Shown here: positions 37,101-48,700 of the stretch, piece after piece
How positions within the stretch are numbered: position 1 is the first letter of the stretch
Layout: every line of letters begins with the position of its first letter
Source of the DNA: Eukaryota sp. GEM-RC1
Taxonomy: Eukaryota
Assembly: GCA_040285855.1 (NCBI GenBank)
Contig: JAUFOQ010000004.1
Location: 1,116,001 to 1,180,000, forward strand
DNA length: 64,000 nucleotides
Direction: 5' to 3'
Notes under the pieces: model-generated
Databases searched by the model: none
The model's input: the letters and a program-made list of their open reading frames with translations, nothing else
What the model was told of the DNA's origin: nothing
Position numbers and translations under genes: made by a program

Positions 37101-39135
37101 CTACTGATACCCCAAGTTGTCCAATTTGACTCTCGAATAGAATTTCTTCTTTTACAGCCAATTTCAAATGTTTTCGTCTCTCATGGAAGACAATCGTTGA
37201 AGCTGACAACAGGGTCTAATATTCTTCAACTTTACGGTGATGAGCCCTTTATCACGTTACATCAATCAACTCAATTAATGAATGTGAGTTTGATAACTGA
37301 TCTTGTTGACAATCAATTGCCGTTCTACTTTGAAATTGGTTTTCATCATTCCTTTATTATTGATTTCAACCAAATTATTGGTTATATTAAAATATTCAAC
37401 ACTCAATTTACAAGTTCAGATCACGTCAGTGTTTATGAACATCGTGACATCCATGCTGACTTCAATGGACTTCTTCACTCTCGGTTTAAGTGTGTTGTTG
37501 GGGATATGGCATTTCAGGCAACAGTATAAAATACCATCATTATTTGCAGAAATTTAATTATTACTACTTTTCAAGTCTATGTTCCAATCGATGTCTACTG
37601 TGAAGATCTGCTTATCAACTCTTTTTCAGTCCAAGGAGAAGCCTTTTTAGAGGAAATGTGTTTCTTACCCAACTCACATCATCCTCTAATTCAAAATTCG
37701 CAGTTTACCTCAAATATTTTTAATAATTTAGTTTTTGACGGATCTCGCTGCTGCAATGTTGACGTGTCAATTTGTTCTGAGTTTTGGCAGTCTACACAAA
37801 ATATTACCGTTAATTTTAATTCATCAGTCGACATTTTTCATGTTGTAATCACTACAAACTCCAGTTGTGGCGGTTTTGATTTTGATCTTTCTTTTACAGT
37901 GATGGTCAACAATCAAATTATTGACCCTATTTTTTCTTGTAAACAAATTCCTAGTGGGTTTTCATTTGCTTCCAATGTGTGCAATAGATAATATTCTTCA
38001 AGGAGTTAATGAAATTATTTTAATTCCTCAAAGTGACGTGTTTCTTTTAGAGTTGGAGTTTTACGGTTATCAGTCATATACTTGTCTAACTTCTGTTGAT
38101 ATCAACAAAGGAATTACATCATTGGGAGAAGAAATTGAAGAAACTGTTCATTTAAAAATGGGAAATGAAACATTTTATAGTATTGAACATTTCCAAAGCT
38201 CAATTTCCAACTCATCTCATCTTCTTACTGCATTTTATCTCTCTTATTCGATGTATCTAATTTCTCCTAATTGCTTCCATTCTCAAGCTCCATTTACTAT
38301 TACTTTTACTCCTGGTAAAGCGGTGGAATTGATATTTGTTCAAGATTTTATTGAAATTTACTCGTTCTCCTTAAATATTTCATTACCAGTACTTTGTGTC
38401 GACGTTATTGGATTTGTTGTCGAATGTACTGGTAATTTGACTATTTTGTATTCTTCCTTTAATTTTACTACTGTTCAATTATTTTGGAATAATTTGGAAT
38501 TTTCATCGTGTTCCAATTTCAGTTTCTCATACCATTATCTCGAGGTGGAATTCGCAGGACAACTTTTCGAAGCAAATTTCCAAATTATCCAATGTTTTGC
38601 AGAATTCTTAATAGTAGATACTTGTGACCTTAATGATTGTTCCCATCAATTGATGTTTGACAAATCTTGTACATTATTGAAACCTTATGTTTCATTAATC
38701 ACTCAACATCAATTTCTAAATTCTTCTGACAACCTTCCAATTTCTAAGCTTATGATAGCCTCAGCAGATGACCAAGTGTTTGTCGCTGTAGATAACGACG
38801 TTCTGGAGATCATTAGTTATCCACTTCAATAACTGACGATAACACTTTCCTATTCCTCTCAATCAGTTGTGCTCCATTTAGTTGCAAATGATTGCCGTCT
38901 TCCTAAATTGAATTTTGGAAGTGGATGTTTATGTCCAAAATGAATGGAATATAATCGTTATGGCGAGTGTGTCGAATGTTCTCTAAATTATTACTCAAAT
39001 TCAGAATTCAATTCAGAATGCAGATCTTGTCATTATCCTGGACTAGACTTTAGTAAAAATTCTCGGTTATGTGTGATATGTAAACTAAGAAAATCTGGGA
39101 TACAATTGAACTACATAGTACAATGTACAATGTAA
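28125..39135 (+). pseudogene. Giant surface-protein locus 1: 3 LamG/ConA-like modules, beta-helix-like region, IPT-like region, truncated GCC2/GCC3 Cys repeat; truncated at both ends
   Basis: LamG motifs SISLWIY, KWFHLVITFD, IYVDG, FKGRIRAVQVF; YVSTTGVD..CCGT..PC motif; several frameshifts; nonsense changes relative to locus 2 (TAA 38830, TGA 38941). Confidence 0.8.
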
Positions 39136-39619
39136 GTGTTCAAATTTCAAGCTCTGTTTAAGATAATTTCTATTAACATTGGTATAACAAACCAAAATTG
39201 ATGAGTAACAGACATTAACTGTTATTATTAGCAATGAAGATTGATATGTTTCCTGATAACCTTGCTGAAGAATGTAATCGTCATCTAAAATTTCTAAGGA
39301 GTCATTTATAAGTAAAGGATCAAAACAAATGCTGTACATCAGAATGAGCAAACAAGTGTTGACACGCTGCCAAAAGCCTTAATACTGAAATACAGTATTT
39401 AAAGTTCTGGTATCAATTTCATCTTCTAATGGACTTGCGAGTGGTTTTCTTCTACTCACTTACAATTCAAAATACATAACTATACAACACAGACGTCTTC
39501 TTTGTTGGAATAGTACTGTAGATTGCTCACTACCGCAAACCTTGGTAAACGTGATTTGAACACGCAACATACAACTCGTGGACACCCTTGTGGACCACAA
39601 ACTCGACGAGAAATGAAAT

Positions 39620-39666
39620 GGGCTATTTCTAACACAATTATTCCCTTTTTGAGCCTCTGCAAACGT
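39620..39666 (+). repeat. 47-nt dispersed copy of UBR coding sequence 25912..25958
   Basis: 46/47 identical: GGGCTATTTCTAACACAATTATTCCCTTTTTGAGCCTYTGCAAACGT. Confidence 0.95.
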
Positions 39667-39859
39667 TTCCATATGATTTACACAATTTGCCGAACGTTGT
39701 GAGAAATTGCTGCCCAAAAAAGCCAAATGTTCCATAAAGTGAAATAGCAAAAGGAAGCAAAAAATACAAATTGTGTCGACGAGAATTCCTTTTGTTAATT
39801 AATTCTCTACATAGATTTATTTTTTTGTTTTCAGCAGTTTCCAAAACCAAAAAAATTTG

Positions 39860-40345
39860 TTAAAAGAAGTTAAGTCAAGTTCAGTGTCTTCGTGTGTTTC
39901 TCGTTTGCCAACAAAATTTTGTTTTAATCTTAAGGATCATGAATGGTTTAAAAATATCAGACTTACGTTAGGATTATGGCCTTCAGGTCTTTTGAAGCAT
40001 TCTCCATGTATTTGTGGTCGTTTAAAGGCTTCAACGTTTTGTCATTTAGTTAACTGTCATCAATTTATTCTATTGTTCGCCAAAGTATCCGGGATACCTG
40101 TTTGGATATGTTTAAAGCTAATGGCTTTCATGGAAAAATTGAACCTTTACTTGCTAATCTTTCTGATCAGCCAAATGTTGAAAGAAGTCGTGGTGATTTG
40201 ATTGGTCCTTGGTTATCTTGTCAAGAAATTATCATGTATTTCACAACTGTTGATCCTTGTAATTCAAGATCAATTTCCACAATTTTGATGATAATTTTTC
40301 TGCTCTTGAAGTGGCTGAAAAGGAAAAAACACAAAGTACTGCCAC
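39860..40345 (+). mobile_element. Non-LTR retrotransposon 3' relic (CCHC knuckle + restriction-like endonuclease)
   Basis: IRLTLGL..CICG..HLVNC, then IEP..RGDL..FTTVDP..EVAEKEK across frameshifts. Confidence 0.65.
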
Positions 40346-40399
40346 TTAATTAACCAATTGAATGGGGACGGGAACAATTCATGATCACACTCGTTTTGT

Positions 40400-41175
40400 C
40401 AGTGTGATCACAATCACAATCACAACCACATCACACGATTACATGTGATCACAATTACTGTTTATTGGAAAAATATAGTTGATAATAATGTATTATAATA
40501 TATATCGATACATATCGAAACTACATAACCCTACAGCTTTCTATTGCGAACACGATCTATTTCACTGGCCTGAGACCAATCTACATCAATGTGCTCCTTC
40601 ATTTCTGCTTCTTCCATCACAAAAGCTTCTCCAATATCCTCTTTATCATTCTCATCCTCATCGTCAACTGTGATGTCGTCAAAAACACCTCTCAAATCAA
40701 CATTTGCTACCACATCCATTGTATCTGCCGGTTGTTCTTCATCTGCCAACAACACAAAAGAATCTTCTATGTTTAAAGCCCACATTTCCACATCCAAAAG
40801 AACATCCCCCACTCTAGATTTGGTCTCAAGTATTTAGTTGAGTATACGAAGAGGAGTATTGAAATGAATAATAATCATGTCATCCAAATGATCGTTGGTC
40901 AATTTCAACCTTCTTGTCGACACCTGGAAGTCAAATGAAGACCAATTCCTTTCTGTTGTAGATGCTGAACCAGTATGACCTGTAATTCTTTGAGCTAATT
41001 GACTCAGCTGTGTATATAGCTGTTTACCACCAAAGTACCACCATTGATGGACAGCCAAATTAATGACTTCAGAAGTAGTAAGTTTTGTGAAAAAATCTAT
41101 TGTATGATATAGTATTGTTTGATATCTTATAGCACCCTTGACACTGAAAGTCTTCCTTACCTGATGTGTTTTCAC
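40400..41175 (-). mobile_element. hAT transposase C-terminal fragment with acidic tail and probable terminus
   Basis: hATC dimerisation motif QWW...LAQRI...SASTTERNWSSF...RRLKL; acidic ORF 40531..40812; CAGTGTGATCAC end with ATCAC repeats at 40400..40452. Confidence 0.8.
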
Positions 41176-41319
41176 GAACTTTCACGAGCTGGTAAAGTGG
41201 ATTGTCCTTGTTACAATCGGATTGGAGAAAAGGAAGTGATGACATTTTGGGGAAAGGTAAATGTAGTTTTCGAGCACCAGATTAGACTCTAAACTTGTGC
41301 TCTAAACTGTAGAGTGTTG

Positions 41320-41420
41320 TAGAGCTGGGCACAGACTGACTAGACTAGACTAAGACTACAACAACTGACTACCGACTAGACTACCGACTACAACATTAGA
41401 CTACGGACTAGACTAAGACG
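41320..41420 (+). mobile_element. Orphan hAT-like terminus with GACTA subterminal repeats
   Basis: TAGAGCTGGGCA followed by about 10 GACTA units; no partner TIR seen. Confidence 0.5.
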
Positions 41421-41459
41421 AGAGAAAGAAACTAAATACTAGTATGTGAGTTCCAAACT

Positions 41460-41992
41460 TACATTTATTGAATCAACATTTGATTACTACTGTTTGATGA
41501 TATGGCGCGTTCAAAAAATGCAAAGATACGTCCATATTCAAAAAAACAGAAAGTAGGTTGTAGAAAAATATGACTGCAAAAGGATGGAATAAAAATGACT
41601 GTGTATTGATGTTTGGTGACAATGGTAATAAGAGGCAGAACCTAAAACATCTCCGATCAAGTAGAGGTGTGATGTGGAGAAACTTCTTTAAGAGAAATGG
41701 TTACAACCTTGTTCTCGTAGATGAGAGTTACACATCTTCAAAGTGTCCTACTTGTTTGGGACCAGTTAAAGTGTTTATGGAAGTTGACAATCCTAGACCC
41801 AAGACACAAGAAAAGAAGCCTACGGTGAAGTTACATGCGTTGTTGAGATGTCAATCTGAGAAGTGCAGAGAAGAATGTGATGACAAAGACAAAGTGTGGA
41901 ATCGTAACAAGTTAGCGTGTATCAACATCAAAGCTATTGTGGAGCATCATTTAGAGCGGGGTCTAGGAGTTAGACCCAGTTATTTGTCATAG
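41460..41992 (+). mobile_element. Fanzor1 C-terminal fragment (RuvC-II, zinc finger, RuvC-III), copy 1
   Basis: VLMFGD...LVDESYTSSKCPTC...HALLRCQSEKC...WNRNKLACINI...RPSYLS; upstream broken frame YY..WRVQKMQRYVHIQK/TESRL. Confidence 0.88.
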
Positions 41993-42095
41993 TCATAGTT
42001 ATAGTCTTAATTTACTACGTGAATCCGTAGTTATCTGAGTAATCATGAAGCATGTTTAAATTTTGTCGAACTGAATTGTTCAAATTTTCTTCTCA

Positions 42096-43834
42096 ATGCC
42101 AACTCGTCTTTGTACCCACTACCTGGATGATCGCTGCAATAAGGGGTCAAGTGTATGTATCGCCGTTGTTTTCTTATCATAGTGCAAATTTGCTCATGTA
42201 AAACGACATGAATTGACAAGCAACATCTGCAGGTTCGATAGTTCATGTAGAAGTGGAGCAGCATGTCCTTTCCGTCACTCCTCCGACAGTGCAATTAGTC
42301 CACAGCAAGATCGTAACACCAACGTACCTACCTCGATTCGCATCTTTTGTCCTCCTGATTGGGCTAAAGGATCTGAAGAAGTTACTGTTGTTGCTATACC
42401 ACAGTCTGGCCGTCGGGTTAGGGCAACGATATCTCGAAACGCTGCTGTTCTTTCCACTTCCATTGAGCTTCCTCATACTATTACGGAACTTAAATTCTAC
42501 CGGGGATCCCATCTCACTTTCAATCCGTTTTATCACCGATCTAAAACCGGAAAATGCAATGTTTTGGATCTTGCTGCTCCTTTCTCCACGTACACAATGT
42601 CTGATCATTTGTATGGCAACTCTCGCCGATCGGAATACATTGCTGGTCAAGTTGGCTTCTACTTTACTGACGCTTATTATCCTTTATACCCTCAACTACA
42701 GCAAGAAGCTGCCTCGAACAGAGGTTTCGTCCCCTACAACACCATCTTGAACAGACCTAGAATGAAAGCCTATAAAGAGCGTGAACACAGTCAAGGAAAG
42801 CCGCCCATCACAGAAGAAGAAGTCTTTAAATGTTTGAAGAAGATTCCCCATGTTATTTGTGACAAAACCCGCGGTATCAAACCTGTGAATTCCGATTTTG
42901 GTCCTGTTGAAGACATTAAGCGGACATTCATCTCAGTGTTCCCTCTAACTTCAGGAGCTGAAGTAATTGAAATCTTTGAGCATCTCCGAAAACAAAATTT
43001 CAGAGTTACCTCTTTTCTGGGATATTCTTCAAAGGTTTTCATGTGGCTAACATCAAACTGGCAACTGAAACTGAAGCTCTTCGAATTGTTAACAAGTCTA
43101 CGTTAAGAATTGGTGCCAAGCAGTATTTGGTTATTCCCAAGTTCACTGAAAAGGGTGACCATAACTCAGTTGATTCAGAAACTGAATGCTCTGTTTGTTG
43201 TGAAAGTATGACTCATGGCGAATGTTCTACCCCAATTACTTCTAAATGTAAGCACTCTAGATTGGTCTGCAACAGTTGTATTGCACGATGGATTGATGAG
43301 AAAGTTATTGTTCTTAATGCAATTGAACCTATTAAATGTCCTCATGCCAATTGTGACGAGATTCTCCACTCCAACGATGTTCAAAGATTTGCTTCTTCGT
43401 TTGCTATTTACCAAGATTTCGAAAAGGGGTTGGCAATACAATTTCTCAATTCCCAACCAACTTTCCGATGGTGTGCTCATAAGGATTGTGGAAATGGGTT
43501 CTTCATCAACAGTTCCAGTGACCGTAAGGTCAGATGCGATCACTGTCGACATGATATGTGTGCTCGTGATAGGGTGCCTTGGCATTCTGGTCAAACCTGT
43601 TCAGAATTTCGAAATAACAATAAGTCACTGGATTACATTAAGAAGCATACATCTCCGTGCCCTCGTTGTATCTGTCCCACTATCAGAAATGGAGGATGTC
43701 TTCATATGCATTGCTTGGCTTGTGGGCATGACTATTGGTGGTGTTGTCGTGATCCATTTGTCCCTCGAGCAGATAAGAAGGGGCATTCTGCAAGTTGTGT
43801 TAACGATAGTTATTATCCAAATGTTTCTACTTAG
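42096..43834 (+). CDS. Tandem CCCH zinc finger + RRM-like + RBR (RING1-IBR-RING2) E3 ligase; exon 1 42096..42152, intron 42153..42182, frameshift ~43015
   Basis: Splicing gives MPTRLCTHYLDDRCNKGSS|CKFAH and a second CCCH. RING1 CSVC..CKH..CNSC..CPHANC; IBR WCAHKDC..CDHC..C..WH..TC; RING2 CPRC..GGCLHMHC. The paralog at 45.7-47.3 kb is open across the T-run frameshift. Confidence 0.85.
42153..42182 (+). other. 30-nt spliceosomal intron
   Basis: GTATGTATCGCCGTTGTTTTCTTATCATAG; removal completes a C-x7-C-x5-C-x3-H finger. Confidence 0.9.
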
Positions 43835-45379
43835 TTGTTTCTACTTTTTTATTTGTGTAAATTTAATTCAATATTTATGTATTTTTGATCCTGTTTGTGA
43901 GCTACAACGAATGAATTTCAAAAGATTTCAACATTTCTGTGGCTTTTAATTAGATTGAATGTGACATGCCAAAATTGGCCGTCCTATTCTTCTTACAGTC
44001 CTAACAGAAGCTAATCGTTTCACCAAGAATTCCGAAATCGAACGGATTAACAGCTTGATACGGGTGCTGCACATACATTATATGACGTACATTAGCATTA
44101 GCATAAACCCAAAAGATAAAACCAAAGAAAAAAAGGAGAGTATTTCTATGTTAATTTTTAAACGGGCAACAGAGTATCAACAAAAGAGAAGGTGTGAAAC
44201 AATATGACACTGTCTTTTCCGTTTTGAAAGTGTCAAAGTAAACTAAAACCAACTACTCTTGGAATGTGAATTTGATTGTTCTTTATTGCTGACATAACAC
44301 GTAAGTATTCGTCATAAATTTGCTTCGAATTGTCAAAAAATTGTCGATTTTTTTACAAACATGAAATTTACAGTATCAGAAGTCAGCGACATTCTGAATG
44401 GGTATCATAAGTACATCTGCAAAGAGGAAATGAGCTATATATTGTTGCGCCAGATCTAGAGAAAGAATTCTTTTTACGAAAACACCAAACAACTAGAACG
44501 ATCAAACACATGAAACGCAATTTCAGCATGTCATAATAGTGTATATTGTGTGTAAACGTGGATTCCGATGTGTTGGTCCCTCAAAATTGTGAACAGATAT
44601 GAACTTTCACACACTTCCAAAATTCCAACAGTGCAGCACAACCAAGGACTCGTTGTTTGGCTTCTATGTATTCAGTGCCAATAATCGCATTCATTGACTT
44701 GAAAAGTATTTTTTTACTCGATTTATGTCCTCAAAGTCAACTATTATAAAAGTTTCAAATTCTTTGATGAATGGAGATAATGAAGGAGTATATCTATATA
44801 TAGAAGTGGAGATAGTGACGTTAAATTATTATTTACACGATAAAAGAATACAATTATATAACAGTTTGGATATAGAATACAATGAAGTACAGTAAATTCA
44901 AACATTGGAAAAATTCTTTCTCCATTTTCAATGTAAAGACAAAAAACAGGCTGTAGCTTGCCATTTGTATCTTATTCTTTATTGAAAAAAAGAGAAACCA
45001 AATTGTGGAAAAGAGAAATATACAAATGGAAAATTTAAGCTACGCTACACACAGCCACACTATGTGTTTGGTTAGAAGTTTTTGTTGTGTGCGTTACTCT
45101 GCATGCTTTTTAACTCAAAAAGTCAAAAGTTTGTCCCTAAATTGCATATTGCTTTGTACAACCTTTCAAAGTCGTTTTTTAAACGATATGTACTGTATTG
45201 ATACCTCTGATTTCTTCATTCATTTGACGTCTATTAAGGAAAAATATTTTATCACAAAAATACCACACGATCAATGTGATCACACTTGTGTCACATGGAC
45301 AGTGAATTTGTCACACTGTGTGTTTGCGTACCCTACTTATTACAGAACTTAGGTGTTATTATATAATATTCAAGAAGGA

Positions 45380-45660
45380 AACTGACTGTATTGGTGTATT
45401 CGAATTGGTGTTTTGGTGACAATGTAAAAAAGAAATATAAGCGGTAATAACTCCTATCAAGCAGGGATTGGGATCTACTTTCAGAATAATGGTTTCAAAT
45501 GCTGTCTGGAAGATGCGAAATACACATCTTTCAAGTGTCTTAGTTGCTCAAGGACAAGCAACGTGTTAAAAGAATCATGAGGGAAATGTGATGCTTAGTT
45601 AACACATAAGTGACAATCAGTTGGAGTGGAGTCAAGGAAATAGACCCTGTCGAGAGTCAT
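45380..45660 (+). mobile_element. Highly decayed Fanzor1 fragment, copy 2
   Basis: TTTGGTGACAATG, translation YFQNNGFKCCLEDAKYTSFKCLSC, and TTGGAGTGGAGTCAAGGAAATAGACCC all align to copy 1. Confidence 0.75.
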
Positions 45661-45748
45661 ATACTTATGGGACTATTGAATTTCTGTGTGCAATTCAAAT
45701 CAAATGATTTAAAAAAAATTTCAATTTTACAATTCAAATCTTCTCGCC

Positions 45749-48700
45749 ATGCCTATTTGTACCCATTATCTTGCTAATCGCTGTAACAAGGGTTCAAATG
45801 AATGTTTCGTCATTGTTTCCTTATCGTAGTGTTCATTTATTCATGTAAAACGTCACAAGTTGAAAAGTAATATGTGCAGGGACGACGACTCGTGTACAAG
45901 AGGAGCCTCCTGTCACTTCCGTCACTCCTCTGACAGCCGAGATCCTCAAACCAACGAATCTCCCTCTATTCGTATCTTTTGTCCTCCTGATTGGGCGAAA
46001 GACACAGGGGAAATTACTGTTGTTGCTATACCACACACTGGCCCTCAGGTTAGAGCAACGATTTCTCGTAACGCCGTCGTTCTTTCCACTTCCATTGAGC
46101 TTCCTCGTACCAAAACGGAACTTAAATTTTACCGGGGATCTCGGCTGACATTCAATCCGCTTTATCCGCCATCTGAAGCCCGAAACTGCAATGTTTTGGA
46201 CCTTGCTGCTCCTTTATCCACGTACACAATGTGTGATCATCTTCACGGTAACGCTCGTAGACCAGAGTACATTGCGGCTCAAGTTGGCTTCTACTTTACT
46301 GACGCGTATTATCCTTTATACCCTCAACTACAGCAAGAAGCTGTCTCGAACAGAGGTTTCGTCTCCTACAACACCGTCTTGAAGAAACCTAGAATGAAAG
46401 CCTATGCAAAGCGTCAACATAGTCAAGGAAAGCCACCCATTACGCACGAAGAAGTGTTTAAATATCTTAAGAAAATCCCACACGTTATTTGCGACAAAGA
46501 TCGTGGAATCAAACCTGTTAACACTGACTTTGGTTCTGTTGAAGACATTAAGCGGACCTTCATCTCAGTGTTCCCTCTCACTTCAGGAGCTGAAGTAATT
46601 GAAATCTTTGAGCATCTCCGTCAACAAAATTTCAGAGTTACTTCCTTTTCTGAAATTTTTTCGAAAGGCTTCCACGTGGCTAACATCAAACTGGCAACTG
46701 AAACTGAAGCACTTCGAATTGTGAACAAATCCGTCCTAAGAATTGGTGCCAAGCAGTAGTTGGTTATTCCCAAGTTCACTGAAATGGGTGACCATAACTC
46801 AGTTGATTCAGAAACTGAATGCTCAGTTTGTTATGAAAGTATGACTCATGGCGAATGCTCTACCCCAATTACTTCCAAATGTAAGCACTCTAGAAAGGTC
46901 TGTAACAGTTGTATTGCTAGATGGATTGATGAGAATGTTATGGTGTACAATGCAATGAGACCTATTGAGTGTCTCCACGCTAATTGTGATGAGATTCTCC
47001 ATTCCAATGATGTTCAAAGATTTGCTTCCACGTACGAAATCTACCAAAATTTTGAGACCGGCTTAACCATTCAATGTCTCCAAGTTGATCCAGATTTTCG
47101 ATGGTGTCCTCATGCAGATTGTGGAAATGGCTTCTTCATCCACCCTTCCAGTGATCCGAGAGTCAGATGCGATACTTGTCATCATGATATGTGTTCTGAA
47201 GATAAGGTACCATGGCATTCTGGTCAAACATGTGCACAGTGGCGAGATAATGATGATGAGTCCTTGGCCCTCATAGGGAAAATTAGTTCTCCTTGCCCCC
47301 TTTGTAAGCATCCTTTTTTTGTAGAATTTCCCGTCTTCTTTACCCTTCCAAGTCATGTTAGACAAGCTTCTCTTGGTAACGAGCATTCTCTAGTTTTACT
47401 AGCAAATGGTGACGTTTACAGTACTGGACGAAATAATTACGGTCAACTAGGCTATGTTGGTGGTGATCGACGTGTTCATGAGAAAATTCAAATTTTCAAT
47501 ATTATTCAGGTTCTTGCTTCTTATTGGTCAAGTTATGCTTTGAGTGCTTCTGGTTATGTTTACTCTTGGGGACGTAACTGGGATGGGACGTTAGGTTTAG
47601 GAGATACAATTGACAGAGATACTCCTATTTTAATTCCAAATTTAAAGAATGTTAAACAAATTTCAGGTCGCTATTATACAACCTTTGCTTTAACTAGAGA
47701 TGGTAAAGTTTATGGATGGGGAAGTGGTGGTTATAATATTCTATGTAGGTCAAGTACTACTAACCTTCATTCACCCATGGTTATTAATTCCTTACAAAAT
47801 ATTAAATTTATTGCAGCTGGTCAGGCTGCTTTTCTCATCAAAGATGATGGTTTTACTCTTACTTGTGGTAGAAGATTAGGTGGCTCTGGGACTTCTTCAT
47901 CTCCAGCTCCATTTGCCAATCATATTGAGTTTACCTTTATTGACACCACTAATATTCACGCTCTAGGAATTGATGTTAACCAGAAGCTATGGAGTTGGGG
48001 TGATGGTGGCAATGGTAGACTAGGTAGGGGTAGTACATCTACTACTCCAGTTGAAGTAAAAAACATTGGGAAAGTGATTACTGCAGCTGCAGGAATGTAC
48101 CATTCCACTGCTGTTGACGTCAACAATGACGTGTGGTCTTGGGGTACTCATGGAAGTGGTGCTCTAGGTAGAGTTACTGACTCGGATGATGAAAGACGGA
48201 ATCCAGATCGAATTACTCATTTGGAGGACAAAGGAGTTACTGGAATTAGTGCATGGGCTGGGTCTAATTTTGCCTATATTTCTGTTCCACCTCCAACTAT
48301 TGATTTAATCACGTCATCAAATGAAGATATGTTAATTATGGAAGGGAACAATTCAATTACTGGAAATTTCAATGGTAATGGGCTTCATCATGTGAATATT
48401 ATTTTTCTTCCAGTTTTTCTTTCCGGATCATTGGATTTAACAAGTGATTCTTTCTTCTTCTTGTCTGAATTTATTTTAAATGATCCTCTGTCAATCAATT
48501 CTCCAACAGAAACTTACTTTAATTCACTTTTCTTAGGAGCTTCTGAATGTTCAACTCTTTTTTTAGAGTCCACTGTTTTTGTTGAAACTTTGTACTGGTA
48601 TTGTGGAACAATTGAAGGTGTTGGAGAATTGAAAGTAAACACGTTGGTGTTTTGTTCTTCTAATCCTGAATTGAAATTAAGTAGGATTTCTATTGGGATA

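Noticed and set aside
41335..41420. CRISPR-like or telomeric array
   Set aside because: Irregular 5-mer GACTA units with no repeat-spacer structure; better explained as transposon subterminal repeats
40400..45318. Single large hAT element enclosing Fanzor and the RBR gene (GTGATCACAC motifs near 45276..45318)
   Set aside because: Right-end match is imperfect and the flanking 8-mers do not form a TSD
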